From assembly GCA_964411555.1 (NCBI GenBank), contig CAYPLF010000001.1:52593-116592 (forward strand): a stretch of 64,000 nt of DNA, written 5' to 3'. The notes beneath the pieces are model-generated. The model saw nothing but the letters and a program-made list of their open reading frames with translations. It did not search any database and was not told where the DNA came from. The DNA is from an uncultured Bacteroidales bacterium. Its GTDB lineage: Bacteria; Bacteroidota; Bacteroidia; Bacteroidales; UBA1402. The position numbers and the translations under genes were made by a program. Shown one piece after another: positions 1 through 8,868 of this stretch. Every line of letters starts with the position of its first letter. The first letter of the stretch is position 1.

Positions 1-307
1 ACAAACCGTTGGTGTATGTTTCCAGGTAGGCTATTGGTGCCGGCGTATCAAATCCCAACTGACTGATACGAACGGCATTTTCATAAGCACGACTGGCTTT
101 TGACTTTCTGAACCAGGAATAAGCAACGCGGTTGAACAGATGGGGCACCCCATACCGTTTTACATTTACCCATTGATTATCTACCAAGAACACCTTGATT
201 TCGTTTCTGACTTTGTACAAGGTTGTCCCCTCCTTCTCAAACCGTTCAGGCAGGTTTTCTACAAACAACTGCAACGAAGCAAAATCTGGATTGACAATCA
301 GTTTCAT
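1..307 (-). CDS. Lipopolysaccharide (Kdo/WaaP-type) kinase family protein, first 102 codons; gene runs off the window start
   Basis: Hand translation of the minus strand from ATG at 307 gives MKLIVNPDFASLQLFVENLPERFEKEGTTLYKVRNEIKVFLVDNQWVNVKRYGVPHLFNRVAYSWFRKSKASRAYENAVRISQLGFDTPAPIAYLE. The frame stays open to position 1. It resembles the N-termini of Bacteroidales LPS-kinase/InaA-like proteins. Its ATG overlaps the upstream gene's TGA (ATGA, 304-307). It is absent from the ORF track because there is no stop in the window. Confidence 0.6.
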   Translation of the reverse strand, partial: MKLIVNPDFASLQLFVENLPERFEKEGTTLYKVRNEIKVFLVDNQWVNVKRYGVPHLFNRVAYSWFRKSKASRAYENAVRISQLGFDTPAPIAYLETYTNGL

Positions 308-1332
308 GTGTGCAGATTATCAACAATGAAGGAAATGACCTTTTCTGAAGTGATGCTGGTCATGCAAGCATGATCCTTTCGATAACACTCTTTTTTTCCA
401 TAGATGGAACACGGCCTGCAAGGCAATTCAACCTGCAGTCTGTATGAAACAGGCTGATTCCAGGGTGTAAAACCTGCAAAAGGATGCGTGGCTCCCCATA
501 TGGAAAATACTTTGGTATTGGCCAAGGCACCCAAATGCATATTGGCTGAATCCATGGTGAGCAGTCCATCCAAACAATTCATCAGACAGAGTTCATGGCC
601 TAACCCCGCCCTAATCGGTAATACAACAGATGGATATTTTTGTTTCCACGTGTGCATGATGGTAGTTTCCTCTTGTCCTCCTCCGAACAGGAAAAGGGTT
701 ACATATGAACGAGAAGAAAAATGGTCCAACACGCGTTCCATTTCGACCAGTGGATACCTTTTTCCTTCGTGTCGGGCAAATGGAGCGAGACCCAACCAAA
801 TGCCTTCTTTTTTTCCGTAAACAGCCTCCATGGACTCAAGGTGAAGGCCAACTGGAGGCAATGAATGCAATAATTCCGAATCTTGCACACCAAATCCCGC
901 TCTACGGAACACGTCTTTGTAACGTTCAAGAGCCGTTTTCAACGCTACAGGCTTTTTTCGCCATCTACGTACCAACTGTCGTCTGGCTCGCCTTTCCTTT
1001 TGTACTTGATATACCGGTTTGCTGAATGAAAAAAGCAGGTCAAGTAAGCGCGTTCTTAGAACACCATGTAAGTCACATACTTTATCAACGTGATATGTCC
1101 TGAGCAGGTTAAAAACCTTCACCATGCCCAACATTCCCTTGTATTGATTCTTGATGTCAATAGGAATGAATACCAGATTTGACGGCATTTCTGCAAACAA
1201 ATCGGCCACAAAAGGTTGTGAAAGCATCAGAAAGCGATCATCCGGATACCTTGTAGCGATGGCACGAACCAAGGGGACTGCAATTGCCACATCCCCTAAG
1301 GCTGAAAACCGGGTGATCAAAATGGTAGCCAT
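304..1332 (-). CDS. Glycosyltransferase family 9 (LPS heptosyltransferase-like)
   Basis: Track ORF 304..1500. I trim the start to the internal ATG at 1332 (MATILITRFSALGDVAIAVPLV...), the typical GT9 N-terminus. This ATG overlaps the TAA of the upstream DUF4254 gene by 1 nt. Confidence 0.8.
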   Translation of the reverse strand: MATILITRFSALGDVAIAVPLVRAIATRYPDDRFLMLSQPFVADLFAEMPSNLVFIPIDIKNQYKGMLGMVKVFNLLRTYHVDKVCDLHGVLRTRLLDLLFSFSKPVYQVQKERRARRQLVRRWRKKPVALKTALERYKDVFRRAGFGVQDSELLHSLPPVGLHLESMEAVYGKKEGIWLGLAPFARHEGKRYPLVEMERVLDHFSSRSYVTLFLFGGGQEETTIMHTWKQKYPSVVLPIRAGLGHELCLMNCLDGLLTMDSANMHLGALANTKVFSIWGATHPFAGFTPWNQPVSYRLQVELPCRPCSIYGKKECYRKDHACMTSITSEKVISFIVDNLHT

Positions 1333-1937
1333 TATTTTTTGGCGTAAAGGGATGGATTCAACGAGGGGTCGTTGTACATCTTCATTTGACGGTACACCTT
1401 CATGTGGCGACGACCAGCTGCGTAATCGGCCAACAATTGGTCTATGGCCGATGAAAGATCGCGTTGCTGTTCCAGCAAGACCGTCAACTTTTGCCTGCAA
1501 CGTTCCAAATGGTCGGTCGCAGCATCAGTCCGTTCAGTCTCTACACGCATGTGCCAGATTTTTAGGATGAGTATGGAAAGACGATCCACTGCCCAAGCCG
1601 GACTTTCGGTATTGATTAATGCCTCAGGCAACGCCTTCACCCCTTTGTATTGTTCATAGAAATACGAGTCAATCCGTTCCACCAAATCTGTTCTGTCTTG
1701 ATTGGAGGCATCAATCCTGCGTTTTAACACCAACGCTTCAACAGGGTCAATATCGGGTTTGCGGATGATGTCTTCAAAATGCCATTGAACGGCATCAATC
1801 CAGTTTTTCAAGAATAAATCATGCTCAATGGTGCCAGCAACATACCGTTGAGGCATCACCGCATCAACATGGTCTGTTTCATGGTAAGCGGTGGTAGCTT
1901 CTAAAAAAAGTTGATTGGCACGTTCACTAAAGGTCAT
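1332..1937 (-). CDS. DUF4254-like protein (unknown function, commonly adjacent to GT9 genes in Bacteroidetes)
   Basis: Track ORF 1332..2000. Start trimmed to ATG 1937 (MTFSERANQLF...) because a TATCTTTG -7 element lies at 1962-1969 on this strand. The C-terminal ...YRQMKMYNDPSLNPSLY matches my recollection of the family. Confidence 0.55.
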   Translation of the reverse strand: MTFSERANQLFLEATTAYHETDHVDAVMPQRYVAGTIEHDLFLKNWIDAVQWHFEDIIRKPDIDPVEALVLKRRIDASNQDRTDLVERIDSYFYEQYKGVKALPEALINTESPAWAVDRLSILILKIWHMRVETERTDAATDHLERCRQKLTVLLEQQRDLSSAIDQLLADYAAGRRHMKVYRQMKMYNDPSLNPSLYAKK

Positions 1938-1961
1938 ATGGAAAAGAATTTTGAATTTGGG

Positions 1962-1969
1962 CAAAGATA
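1962..1969 (-). promoter_or_regulatory. -7 promoter element TATCTTTG (Bacteroidetes TAnnTTTG type) for the DUF4254/GT9/kinase operon
   Basis: Exact TAnnTTTG match on the coding strand, 24 nt upstream of ATG 1937. Confidence 0.6.
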
Positions 1970-2027
1970 CACTCAATTTGGCAGAATTAAAAAACGGCAC
2001 TTGTTTCTCAAAAACAAAAAGAATATC

Positions 2028-2035
2028 TACGTTTG
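2028..2035 (+). promoter_or_regulatory. -7 element TACGTTTG upstream of pdxB
   Basis: Exact TAnnTTTG match, 76 nt upstream of ATG 2112. This implies a leader of about 70 nt. Confidence 0.45.
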
Positions 2036-2111
2036 TGCCCGAATTATTCGTATCTTCGGGAGGTTGTACCTCCCACAGGTGAGTTAATCTGATCGTGTTT
2101 TTTCCTTACGT

Positions 2112-3251
2112 ATGAAAATTGTTGCCGACAAGCAAATTCCCTTCTTGAAAGGGTTATTGGAACCCGTTGCAGAAGTGGTGTATTTATGCGGACGAGACAT
2201 CCGCAAAAAAGACGTCATAGATGCTGATGCACTGATTGTCCGTTCCCGAACCCTTTGTGACAGAGAATTGCTGGAAGGAACATCCGTCAAGTTTATCGGA
2301 ACAACAGCAATCGGTTTTGACCACATTGACCAAGATTATTGCGATGCCAAACAAATTACCTGGGTGAACGCGCCCGGCTGCAACGCCAAGGCGGTTGCCC
2401 AGTACGTTACATCCTCACTCCTGTCATTGGCAAAACAGTACCGATTCCATCTATCTGAAAAAACATTGGGCATTATCGGAGTCGGTCAATGTGGACAAAA
2501 AGTAGAACGCAACGCACGCCTACTTGACATGAACATTCTATTGAATGATCCACCGAGGGCCAGGAATGAAGGTGATAAAAACTTTGACTCCCTGGATAGG
2601 ATCCTTGAAGAAAGCGACATCATCACCCTGCATCCAAGGCTGGAAAAGGAAGGACCCGATAAAACCTATCATCTTTTGGATGAGGCATTCTTTTCAAAAC
2701 TGAAACGTCCAGTTTTTATCATCAACACAGCTAGAGGTGCCATTATTAACACCCATGCACTCAAACAAGCCATGGATGAAGGCAAGGTTATTGATTGCGC
2801 CCTTGATTGTTGGGAAAACGAGCCGGACATTGATACAAACCTGTTGGAACGTTGCTTGATCACAACACCCCACATTGCAGGGTACTCTTCTGACGGCAAG
2901 GCCAATGCGACACGTATTGTTCTCGAACAGCTGAACGCTTTTTTTCAACTGAACTTACCCCGCTTCGTGCCTGAATTACCCGTTCCTGAATGTCCGGTTT
3001 TCAAGGTCCCCAAAAGCAGTAAGGATAAACTTGCTTCTGCTTTGTTGTATGCATACAACCCATTAACGGACAGCAAGTTCCTCAAAGACTCTCCAGAGCA
3101 ATTTGAAACATTGCGATCCAATTACGTATTGAGAAGAGAGTATAAAGCGTTCAGATTGTTGAACCTTCCCGATAAAGAAGGCGATTTACTCAGGGCTTTC
3201 GGATTCCAACTACCACCCCATCCAGCTGATAAGCAACTAAGGGAACTCTAG
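2112..3251 (+). CDS. pdxB: Erythronate-4-phosphate dehydrogenase
   Basis: 379 aa. N-terminus MKIVADKQIPFLKGLLEP, NAD-binding GIIGVGQCGQKV, D-2-hydroxyacid dehydrogenase core, plus a C-terminal PdxB-type extension. Confidence 0.8.
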   Translation: MKIVADKQIPFLKGLLEPVAEVVYLCGRDIRKKDVIDADALIVRSRTLCDRELLEGTSVKFIGTTAIGFDHIDQDYCDAKQITWVNAPGCNAKAVAQYVTSSLLSLAKQYRFHLSEKTLGIIGVGQCGQKVERNARLLDMNILLNDPPRARNEGDKNFDSLDRILEESDIITLHPRLEKEGPDKTYHLLDEAFFSKLKRPVFIINTARGAIINTHALKQAMDEGKVIDCALDCWENEPDIDTNLLERCLITTPHIAGYSSDGKANATRIVLEQLNAFFQLNLPRFVPELPVPECPVFKVPKSSKDKLASALLYAYNPLTDSKFLKDSPEQFETLRSNYVLRREYKAFRLLNLPDKEGDLLRAFGFQLPPHPADKQLREL

Positions 3252-3259
3252 TTTCACTG

Positions 3260-3844
3260 TCAAAGCAAGCCACTTTTTTGAAGACAGGCTTCAACCACTT
3301 TCGGAAAATGCTCGTATTCCAGCGCATGTACCTTTGTAGCTAACGTGTCTGGGGTATCTCCCTTTTCAACAGGGCAAGTAGCTTGAAAAATAATCTGACC
3401 TTCATCGTACTGTTCATTGACATAATGAATGGTGATACCTGAAACATCATCTCCCTCCATTAGTACGGCTTCATGAACTTTATGACCATACATCCCTTTT
3501 CCGCCATGTTTTGGCAATAAAGCAGGGTGGATGTTGACAATACGCATCGGATAAGCCTCAATCAAATCAGCCGGTACCCTCAATAAATACCCTGCAAGTA
3601 CGATAAAAACAATTTTATAGGAATGCATCAGGTTCAACAATGTTCCACCTTCTTGCAGCGATTCTTTGTTTAACGTCAAAGACGGAACACCCATTTCTTT
3701 TGCACGGACATGAACATAGGCTTCCGATTTATTGGCAACAATCAATGCAATATCCACTCCATTGCGTTGTTGAAAATAGCGATGTATATTCTCTGCATTC
3801 GAGCCTGAGCCAGAAGCAAGTATGGCAATGCGAGCGTTGGGCAT
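3260..3844 (-). CDS. purN: Phosphoribosylglycinamide formyltransferase
   Basis: Track ORF 3260..3916 trimmed to ATG 3844 (MPNARIAILASGSGSNAENI...). Carries the NIHPALLPKHGGKGMYG motif. Confidence 0.85.
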   Translation of the reverse strand: MPNARIAILASGSGSNAENIHRYFQQRNGVDIALIVANKSEAYVHVRAKEMGVPSLTLNKESLQEGGTLLNLMHSYKIVFIVLAGYLLRVPADLIEAYPMRIVNIHPALLPKHGGKGMYGHKVHEAVLMEGDDVSGITIHYVNEQYDEGQIIFQATCPVEKGDTPDTLATKVHALEYEHFPKVVEACLQKSGLL

Positions 3845-4002
3845 GATGGTTTTATTTGAGTTTAAATTGCACATTGCAAGAGAATTTGTGCAATAAAAAT
3901 GCAGTTTCTCCTTCAAAAATTAGTGAAAATGCAATTTTCTTTGTTTCTTTGTGCCGCAAAATTACAAAACAAATTTCATTATTAACCCAAAAAACAACCG
4001 TT

Positions 4003-4236
4003 ATGTCTGATGTAGCAGCCAGAGTTAAGGCGATTATCGTTGACAAGTTAGGAGTTGAAGAAACTGAAGTAACACCAGAAGCAAGCTTCACCAATGATCT
4101 GGGCGCAGACTCCCTCGATACCGTTGAATTGATCATGGAATTCGAAAAGGAATTTGGTCTTTCCATTCCCGACGATCAGGCTGAAAAAATCACCACTGTT
4201 GGTGACGCCATTACCTTTATTGAAGCCAAAGCTTAA
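4003..4236 (+). CDS. acpP: Acyl carrier protein
   Basis: Track ORF 3856..4236 trimmed to ATG 4003 ([18 protein letters not shown]...). Has the phosphopantetheine-attachment motif [11 protein letters not shown]. 77 aa. Confidence 0.95.
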   Translation: MSDVAARVKAIIVDKLGVEETEVTPEASFTNDLGADSLDTVELIMEFEKEFGLSIPDDQAEKITTVGDAITFIEAKA

Positions 4237-4244
4237 TTATCCGT

Positions 4245-5510
4245 ATGGAATTAAAAAGAGTCGTAGTAACCGGCCTTGGTGCTATTACTCCCATCGGCAA
4301 AACAATGCCGGAAACATGGGAAGCAATGGTGAATGGGGTCAGCGGAGCAGGACCGATTACTCGTTTTGACACCACGTTGTTCAAAACGAAGTTTGCCTGC
4401 GAAGTGAAAGACTACAATCCCACCGACTACTTCGATAGAAAAGACGCTCGTAAGTACGATCTTTTTGCCCAGTTTGCACTGATATCAGCCAAAGAAGCCC
4501 TTGAAGATGCCAATTTTGATTTGGAAAAGGAAAACCTGAACCGAATCGGAGTTATCTGGGGTGCTGGTATTGGCGGTATCGACACCTTTGAACAAGAGGT
4601 AATCGGTTTCGCCAATGGAGATGGAACTCCCCGTTTCAGCCCTTTCTTTATCCCCAAAATGATTGCTGACCTTTCAGCCGGACACATCTCATTGATGTAC
4701 GGATTCAGGGGTCCCAACTTTTGCACGGTTTCTGCCTGTGCTTCTTCCACCAACGCGCTGGCTGATGCATTCAACCTGTTGCGTTTGGGAAAAGCCGACG
4801 TGTTTGTGTGCGGAGGTTCGGAAGCAGCCATTACCTCGGCGGGTGTAGGCGGATTCAACGCACTGCATGCACTTTCCACCCGTAACGATGACCCAAAGAC
4901 GGCCTCCCGTCCTTTCAGCAAAAGCCGTGACGGTTTTGTTATGGCAGAAGGTGGAGCTTGTCTCATCTTTGAGGAGTTGGAACATGCATTGGCCCGCGGG
5001 GCGAAGATTTACGCTGAAGTAGCAGGGGTTGGCCTTTCAGCCGATGCTCATCATATGACAGCACCCGATCCCGAAGGACTTGGTGCCACCGCTGTGATGG
5101 AAAGTACCCTCGACGATGCCGGAATGAAACCTTCTGACATTGACTATATCAATGTACACGGTACATCCACACCATTGGGTGACGTTGCCGAGTTGAAGGC
5201 CATCAGGAATGTGTTTGGAGACGAAGCCTACCGCTTGAACATCAGCTCAACCAAGTCTATGACTGGTCACTTGCTGGGTGCCACGGGTGCCGTTGAGGCA
5301 TTGGCATGTGTGATGGCTGTAAAGGAAGGAATCGTACCACCAACCATCAACTTCACGGAAGGCGATGAGGATCCTGATATTGACTATAAGTTGAATCTAA
5401 CCCTCAACAAGGCCCAAAAACGAGACATTCGTGCCGCTTTGTCCAACACGTTTGGATTTGGTGGTCACAACGCGAGCATCATCGTTAAAAAATGGCAAGG
5501 CAATTCCTGA
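4245..5510 (+). CDS. fabF: 3-oxoacyl-ACP synthase II
   Basis: 421 aa. KAS II hallmarks: active-site ACASS, HGTSTPLGD, and GFGGHNAS at the C-terminus. Lies 8 nt after acpP. Confidence 0.95.
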   Translation: MELKRVVVTGLGAITPIGKTMPETWEAMVNGVSGAGPITRFDTTLFKTKFACEVKDYNPTDYFDRKDARKYDLFAQFALISAKEALEDANFDLEKENLNRIGVIWGAGIGGIDTFEQEVIGFANGDGTPRFSPFFIPKMIADLSAGHISLMYGFRGPNFCTVSACASSTNALADAFNLLRLGKADVFVCGGSEAAITSAGVGGFNALHALSTRNDDPKTASRPFSKSRDGFVMAEGGACLIFEELEHALARGAKIYAEVAGVGLSADAHHMTAPDPEGLGATAVMESTLDDAGMKPSDIDYINVHGTSTPLGDVAELKAIRNVFGDEAYRLNISSTKSMTGHLLGATGAVEALACVMAVKEGIVPPTINFTEGDEDPDIDYKLNLTLNKAQKRDIRAALSNTFGFGGHNASIIVKKWQGNS

Positions 5511-6250
5511 TCAAGGATTTTTTATTACAAATGAGGCTCCTAACTGTTAAACAGAGGGAGCCTTATTTGTTGTTTAAAGGCATTTTAGGCTTTTACCCAA
5601 AGCGGATTGACTTATATGAACTGGCTTTGCGTCATAAATCAACCTCCATATTGAGCGAAGATGGGGTACTTCTCAACAATGAGCGCCTTGAATTCTTGGG
5701 TGACGCAGTATTGAATGTACTGGTCTCTGACATCCTGTTTCATCGATTCGATACGCAAAAAGAAGGCTTTCTCACGAAAACGCGATCACGTATCGTCCAA
5801 CGCGAAAGCCTGAACCGGATGGCCGTCGAGTTGGGTCTGGATAAGTTGATCATAGCGACTCCAACGGTAAACACACCTCACCTGTCCATTTACGGAAACG
5901 CTCTAGAGGCACTTATAGGAGCCATTTATACCGATCAGGGTTATCGTAGATGCCGACAATTTCTCGAAAAGCAACTGATTGCCCGTTACATTGACCTGGA
6001 TAATCTGGTCTCTACCGATGCCAACTTCAAATCAACACTGTTGGAATGGAGTCAACGGGGGAAAAAAGCCATTCAGTTCGAGACCCGGGAGCTCGCCAAT
6101 GAAGGTTTCAAGCAATTTCATGCCACGGTACTGGTGCAGGGAGACATCCTCGGAGAAGGGTTGGGCCATTCAAAGAAAGAAGCCCAGCAACATGCATCAA
6201 AACAAGCCCTGATTAACTTGGGACTGCTGAACGAAAACGAATTGACTTGA
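5492..6250 (+). CDS. rnc: Ribonuclease III
   Basis: Signature ERLEFLGDAVL and a C-terminal dsRBD (GxGxSKKEAQQxAS). The ATG at 5492 overlaps fabF by 19 nt. An alternative in-frame ATG lies at 5531. Confidence 0.85.
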   Translation: MARQFLIKDFLLQMRLLTVKQREPYLLFKGILGFYPKRIDLYELALRHKSTSILSEDGVLLNNERLEFLGDAVLNVLVSDILFHRFDTQKEGFLTKTRSRIVQRESLNRMAVELGLDKLIIATPTVNTPHLSIYGNALEALIGAIYTDQGYRRCRQFLEKQLIARYIDLDNLVSTDANFKSTLLEWSQRGKKAIQFETRELANEGFKQFHATVLVQGDILGEGLGHSKKEAQQHASKQALINLGLLNENELT

Positions 6251-6276
6251 AGCCCTTTCCTCATACAAATATTTAG

Positions 6277-6284
6277 TACCTTTG
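6277..6284 (+). promoter_or_regulatory. -7 element TACCTTTG upstream of the GH3-like gene
   Basis: Exact match, 20 nt upstream of ATG 6305. Confidence 0.6.
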
Positions 6285-6304
6285 AGGCACAAACCCTAAC
6301 ACCT

Positions 6305-7351
6305 ATGGCCTCAGATTTTATTACCAACCTGGTCGGTATCTTTACCAAAGACCGGTATGAGGAAATTAAGGAGAACCATCTACGCGCTTCCGATGTGCAA
6401 AACGAACAGTTGTTTGACATGCTTCGGGAAGCGGAGGCAACAGAATGGGGAAAAACATACGACTTCAAATCCATAGTCAGTTACCAGGATTTTCGTGAAC
6501 GTATTCCTCTTCAATCGAATAAAACACTGGAGCCATACCTGAAACGGATCATGGACAGTGATACGAACCTCCTTTGGCCCGGAGTACCCAAACGCGTGTT
6601 GTCGTCTTTCAATGGCACACGTATTCCCATTACAGAACAAGCGTTGGCTGAAAGCTTTGGGTTGGGAGCCAATGATACCATGGCCATTCACCTGAACAAT
6701 GAACAGGATAGCCGTTTGTTCGGTGGGTACTTTGTACACGTAGGTAATGAAGGGGAATCATCCATGATGGATGAACTGGATGATTTCCTTAAACAAAACC
6801 AACCCTTTGTCCTGTCGCTGTTGAATCGTCCACGGTTTACCGGACTTGTTCGACTTTCTGACAACCATCTACGCCAACTCATCAAGGATATGCGTTCAGA
6901 AAAAACGTCCTGCTTCCACGGTTCGGTTATAAGCATGAAACGGCTGATCGATCTTGCCTTGAAAGAAGATGGCACGCTGCCAACGTTCATTACCGAAGCA
7001 GAGGCCCTGTTCTACAGAACCGTCAATACATCTGCAACGTTGAAAGCCTACAAGGACGGCATCGATTTTCCTTTTCCCGTTTACTGCTCATACTGCAGCC
7101 CTGAAGGCCATATCGGCATTCAGGACAACCCTGCTGACGAAAGTTTTTTATTGCAACTTGATGCCAGTCAATTTTATGAATTCCTGCCTGTAGGCCAAAA
7201 CGAAGAACAACCTGTACCTCTGGAAGATGTGGCAGTCAACATTGACTACCACCTGATCATTACCAACTGTTCTGGTTTATGGCGCTATCGTTCGGATGGG
7301 CCTTCCCTTCGTTTTGTTTCAACAGAACCCTATCGTTTCTTATTAGTATAA
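6305..7351 (+). CDS. GH3 (auxin-responsive promoter) family-like protein, shortened and divergent
   Basis: 348 aa. N-terminus ...[26 protein letters not shown] and ...GLWRYRSDG... resemble bacterial GH3-family proteins. The ORF stops where the C-terminal domain would begin. It has its own TACCTTTG element at 6277-6284. Confidence 0.55.
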   Translation: MASDFITNLVGIFTKDRYEEIKENHLRASDVQNEQLFDMLREAEATEWGKTYDFKSIVSYQDFRERIPLQSNKTLEPYLKRIMDSDTNLLWPGVPKRVLSSFNGTRIPITEQALAESFGLGANDTMAIHLNNEQDSRLFGGYFVHVGNEGESSMMDELDDFLKQNQPFVLSLLNRPRFTGLVRLSDNHLRQLIKDMRSEKTSCFHGSVISMKRLIDLALKEDGTLPTFITEAEALFYRTVNTSATLKAYKDGIDFPFPVYCSYCSPEGHIGIQDNPADESFLLQLDASQFYEFLPVGQNEEQPVPLEDVAVNIDYHLIITNCSGLWRYRSDGPSLRFVSTEPYRFLLV

Positions 7352-7362
7352 ACCACTCTCCC

Positions 7363-8841
7363 ATGTCAACCGATTTATTTGTTTACAATACCCTGCATCG
7401 AAATAAAGAACGTTTTGAACCCCTCAATCCGGGCAAAGTAGGCCTTTATGTGTGCGGACCGACCGTATATGGCGACCCACACTTAGGTCATGCCAGACCA
7501 GCCATCACTTACGACGTCCTTTTTCGCTACCTGAAACATCTTGGTTACAAAGTTCGGTACGTGAGAAACATTACTGATGTAGGACACCTCGAACACGACG
7601 CTGACGAAGGAGAAGACAAGATAGCCAAGAAAGCCCGTCTGGAGGAATTGGAACCCATGGAAGTGGCTCAATACTACCTGAACAGTTATCACAAGGCCAT
7701 GGACAGGCTGAACGTGCTTTCCCCCAGTATCGAACCGCACGCTTCCGGTCATATCATTGAGCAGATTCAATTTGTACAACGAATTCTTGATAACGGCTTT
7801 GCATATATAAGCAACGGTTCCGTGTATTTCGATGTCTTAGCTTACAACAAGAAACATCGTTATGGTATACTTTCGGGTAGGAATGTAGAAGAGCTCATCA
7901 GCAACACCCGCGAACTCGACGGCCAATCGGAAAAAAGAAATAGCGTTGATTTTGCCTTGTGGAAAAAAGCCTCTGCCGAACACATCATGCGCTGGCCTTC
8001 TCCCTGGAGCGACGGATTTCCCGGTTGGCACATGGAATGTTCTGCCATGGGTACCCGCTATTTGGGTGAAACGTTCGACATCCACGGTGGAGGTATGGAC
8101 CTGCTTTTTCCCCACCACGAGTGCGAAATTGCCCAATCCGTAGGTGCACTGGGACACGAAACCGTGCGTTACTGGATGCACAACAACATGATCACAATCA
8201 ACGGACAGAAAATGGGCAAGTCCTTAGGCAACTTCATCACGTTGGAAGAGTTCTTTACCGGCTCGCACGAAAAACTGGAGAAGGCATACAGCCCCATGAC
8301 CATCCGTTTCTTTATTTTACAGGCTCATTACCGTAGCACCGTCGATTTCAGCAACGAGGCCCTTCAGGCCTCTGAAAAAGGGTTGGAGCGCTTAATGGAT
8401 GCTTGTGGCAGACTGGAACGCATTCAGCCTGCTTCGTTTTCTTCAACGGATATATCAGGCTTACGACAACGGTGTGAAGAGGCCATGAACGACGATTTGA
8501 ATACTCCCATCGTTTTATCGAATTTATTTGAGGCAGTAAAAACCGTCAATTTGCTCCATGAGGGAAAAGAGACGCTGACTGCCGACAATCTGGACGAACT
8601 TAAAAATGTATTCAAGACTTACCTGTTCGATATCCTGGGACTTTCAGCCTCGGACAAAACAGATGTAGGCGAAAACGATGACGCATATAAGGGAGCTGTA
8701 GACTTACTGTTGTCGTTGCGCATGGAAGCCAAGAACAACAAAGACTGGGGCACATCAGACCGCATTCGTAACGAATTGGCCCAGATGGGTATTGAAGTCA
8801 AGGATACCAAGGACGGATTTGAGTGGAAGCGGGTGCGTTAA
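7363..8841 (+). CDS. cysS: Cysteine--tRNA ligase
   Basis: Track ORF 7279..8841 trimmed to ATG 7363 ([18 protein letters not shown]...). Class I motifs HLGHAR and KMGKSLGN. Confidence 0.95.
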   Translation: MSTDLFVYNTLHRNKERFEPLNPGKVGLYVCGPTVYGDPHLGHARPAITYDVLFRYLKHLGYKVRYVRNITDVGHLEHDADEGEDKIAKKARLEELEPMEVAQYYLNSYHKAMDRLNVLSPSIEPHASGHIIEQIQFVQRILDNGFAYISNGSVYFDVLAYNKKHRYGILSGRNVEELISNTRELDGQSEKRNSVDFALWKKASAEHIMRWPSPWSDGFPGWHMECSAMGTRYLGETFDIHGGGMDLLFPHHECEIAQSVGALGHETVRYWMHNNMITINGQKMGKSLGNFITLEEFFTGSHEKLEKAYSPMTIRFFILQAHYRSTVDFSNEALQASEKGLERLMDACGRLERIQPASFSSTDISGLRQRCEEAMNDDLNTPIVLSNLFEAVKTVNLLHEGKETLTADNLDELKNVFKTYLFDILGLSASDKTDVGENDDAYKGAVDLLLSLRMEAKNNKDWGTSDRIRNELAQMGIEVKDTKDGFEWKRVR

Positions 8842-8868
8842 GCCACTCCGTTTTCAAGGGAGTGGCTT
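8840..8868. terminator. Hairpin spanning the convergent cysS / DUF3108 gene ends (possible bidirectional terminator)
   Basis: A 10-bp stem (8840-8849 aagccactcc pairs with 8859-8868 ggagtggctt) with a 9-nt loop. The loop contains the DUF3108 stop codon (8854-8856). Only a short T-run follows on the plus strand. Confidence 0.4.

Noticed and set aside
140-373. 77-aa plus-strand ORF at the window start.
   Set aside because: It is antisense to the LPS-kinase N-terminus and the GT9 C-terminus, both of which have clear family features. It has no promoter element. Spurious.
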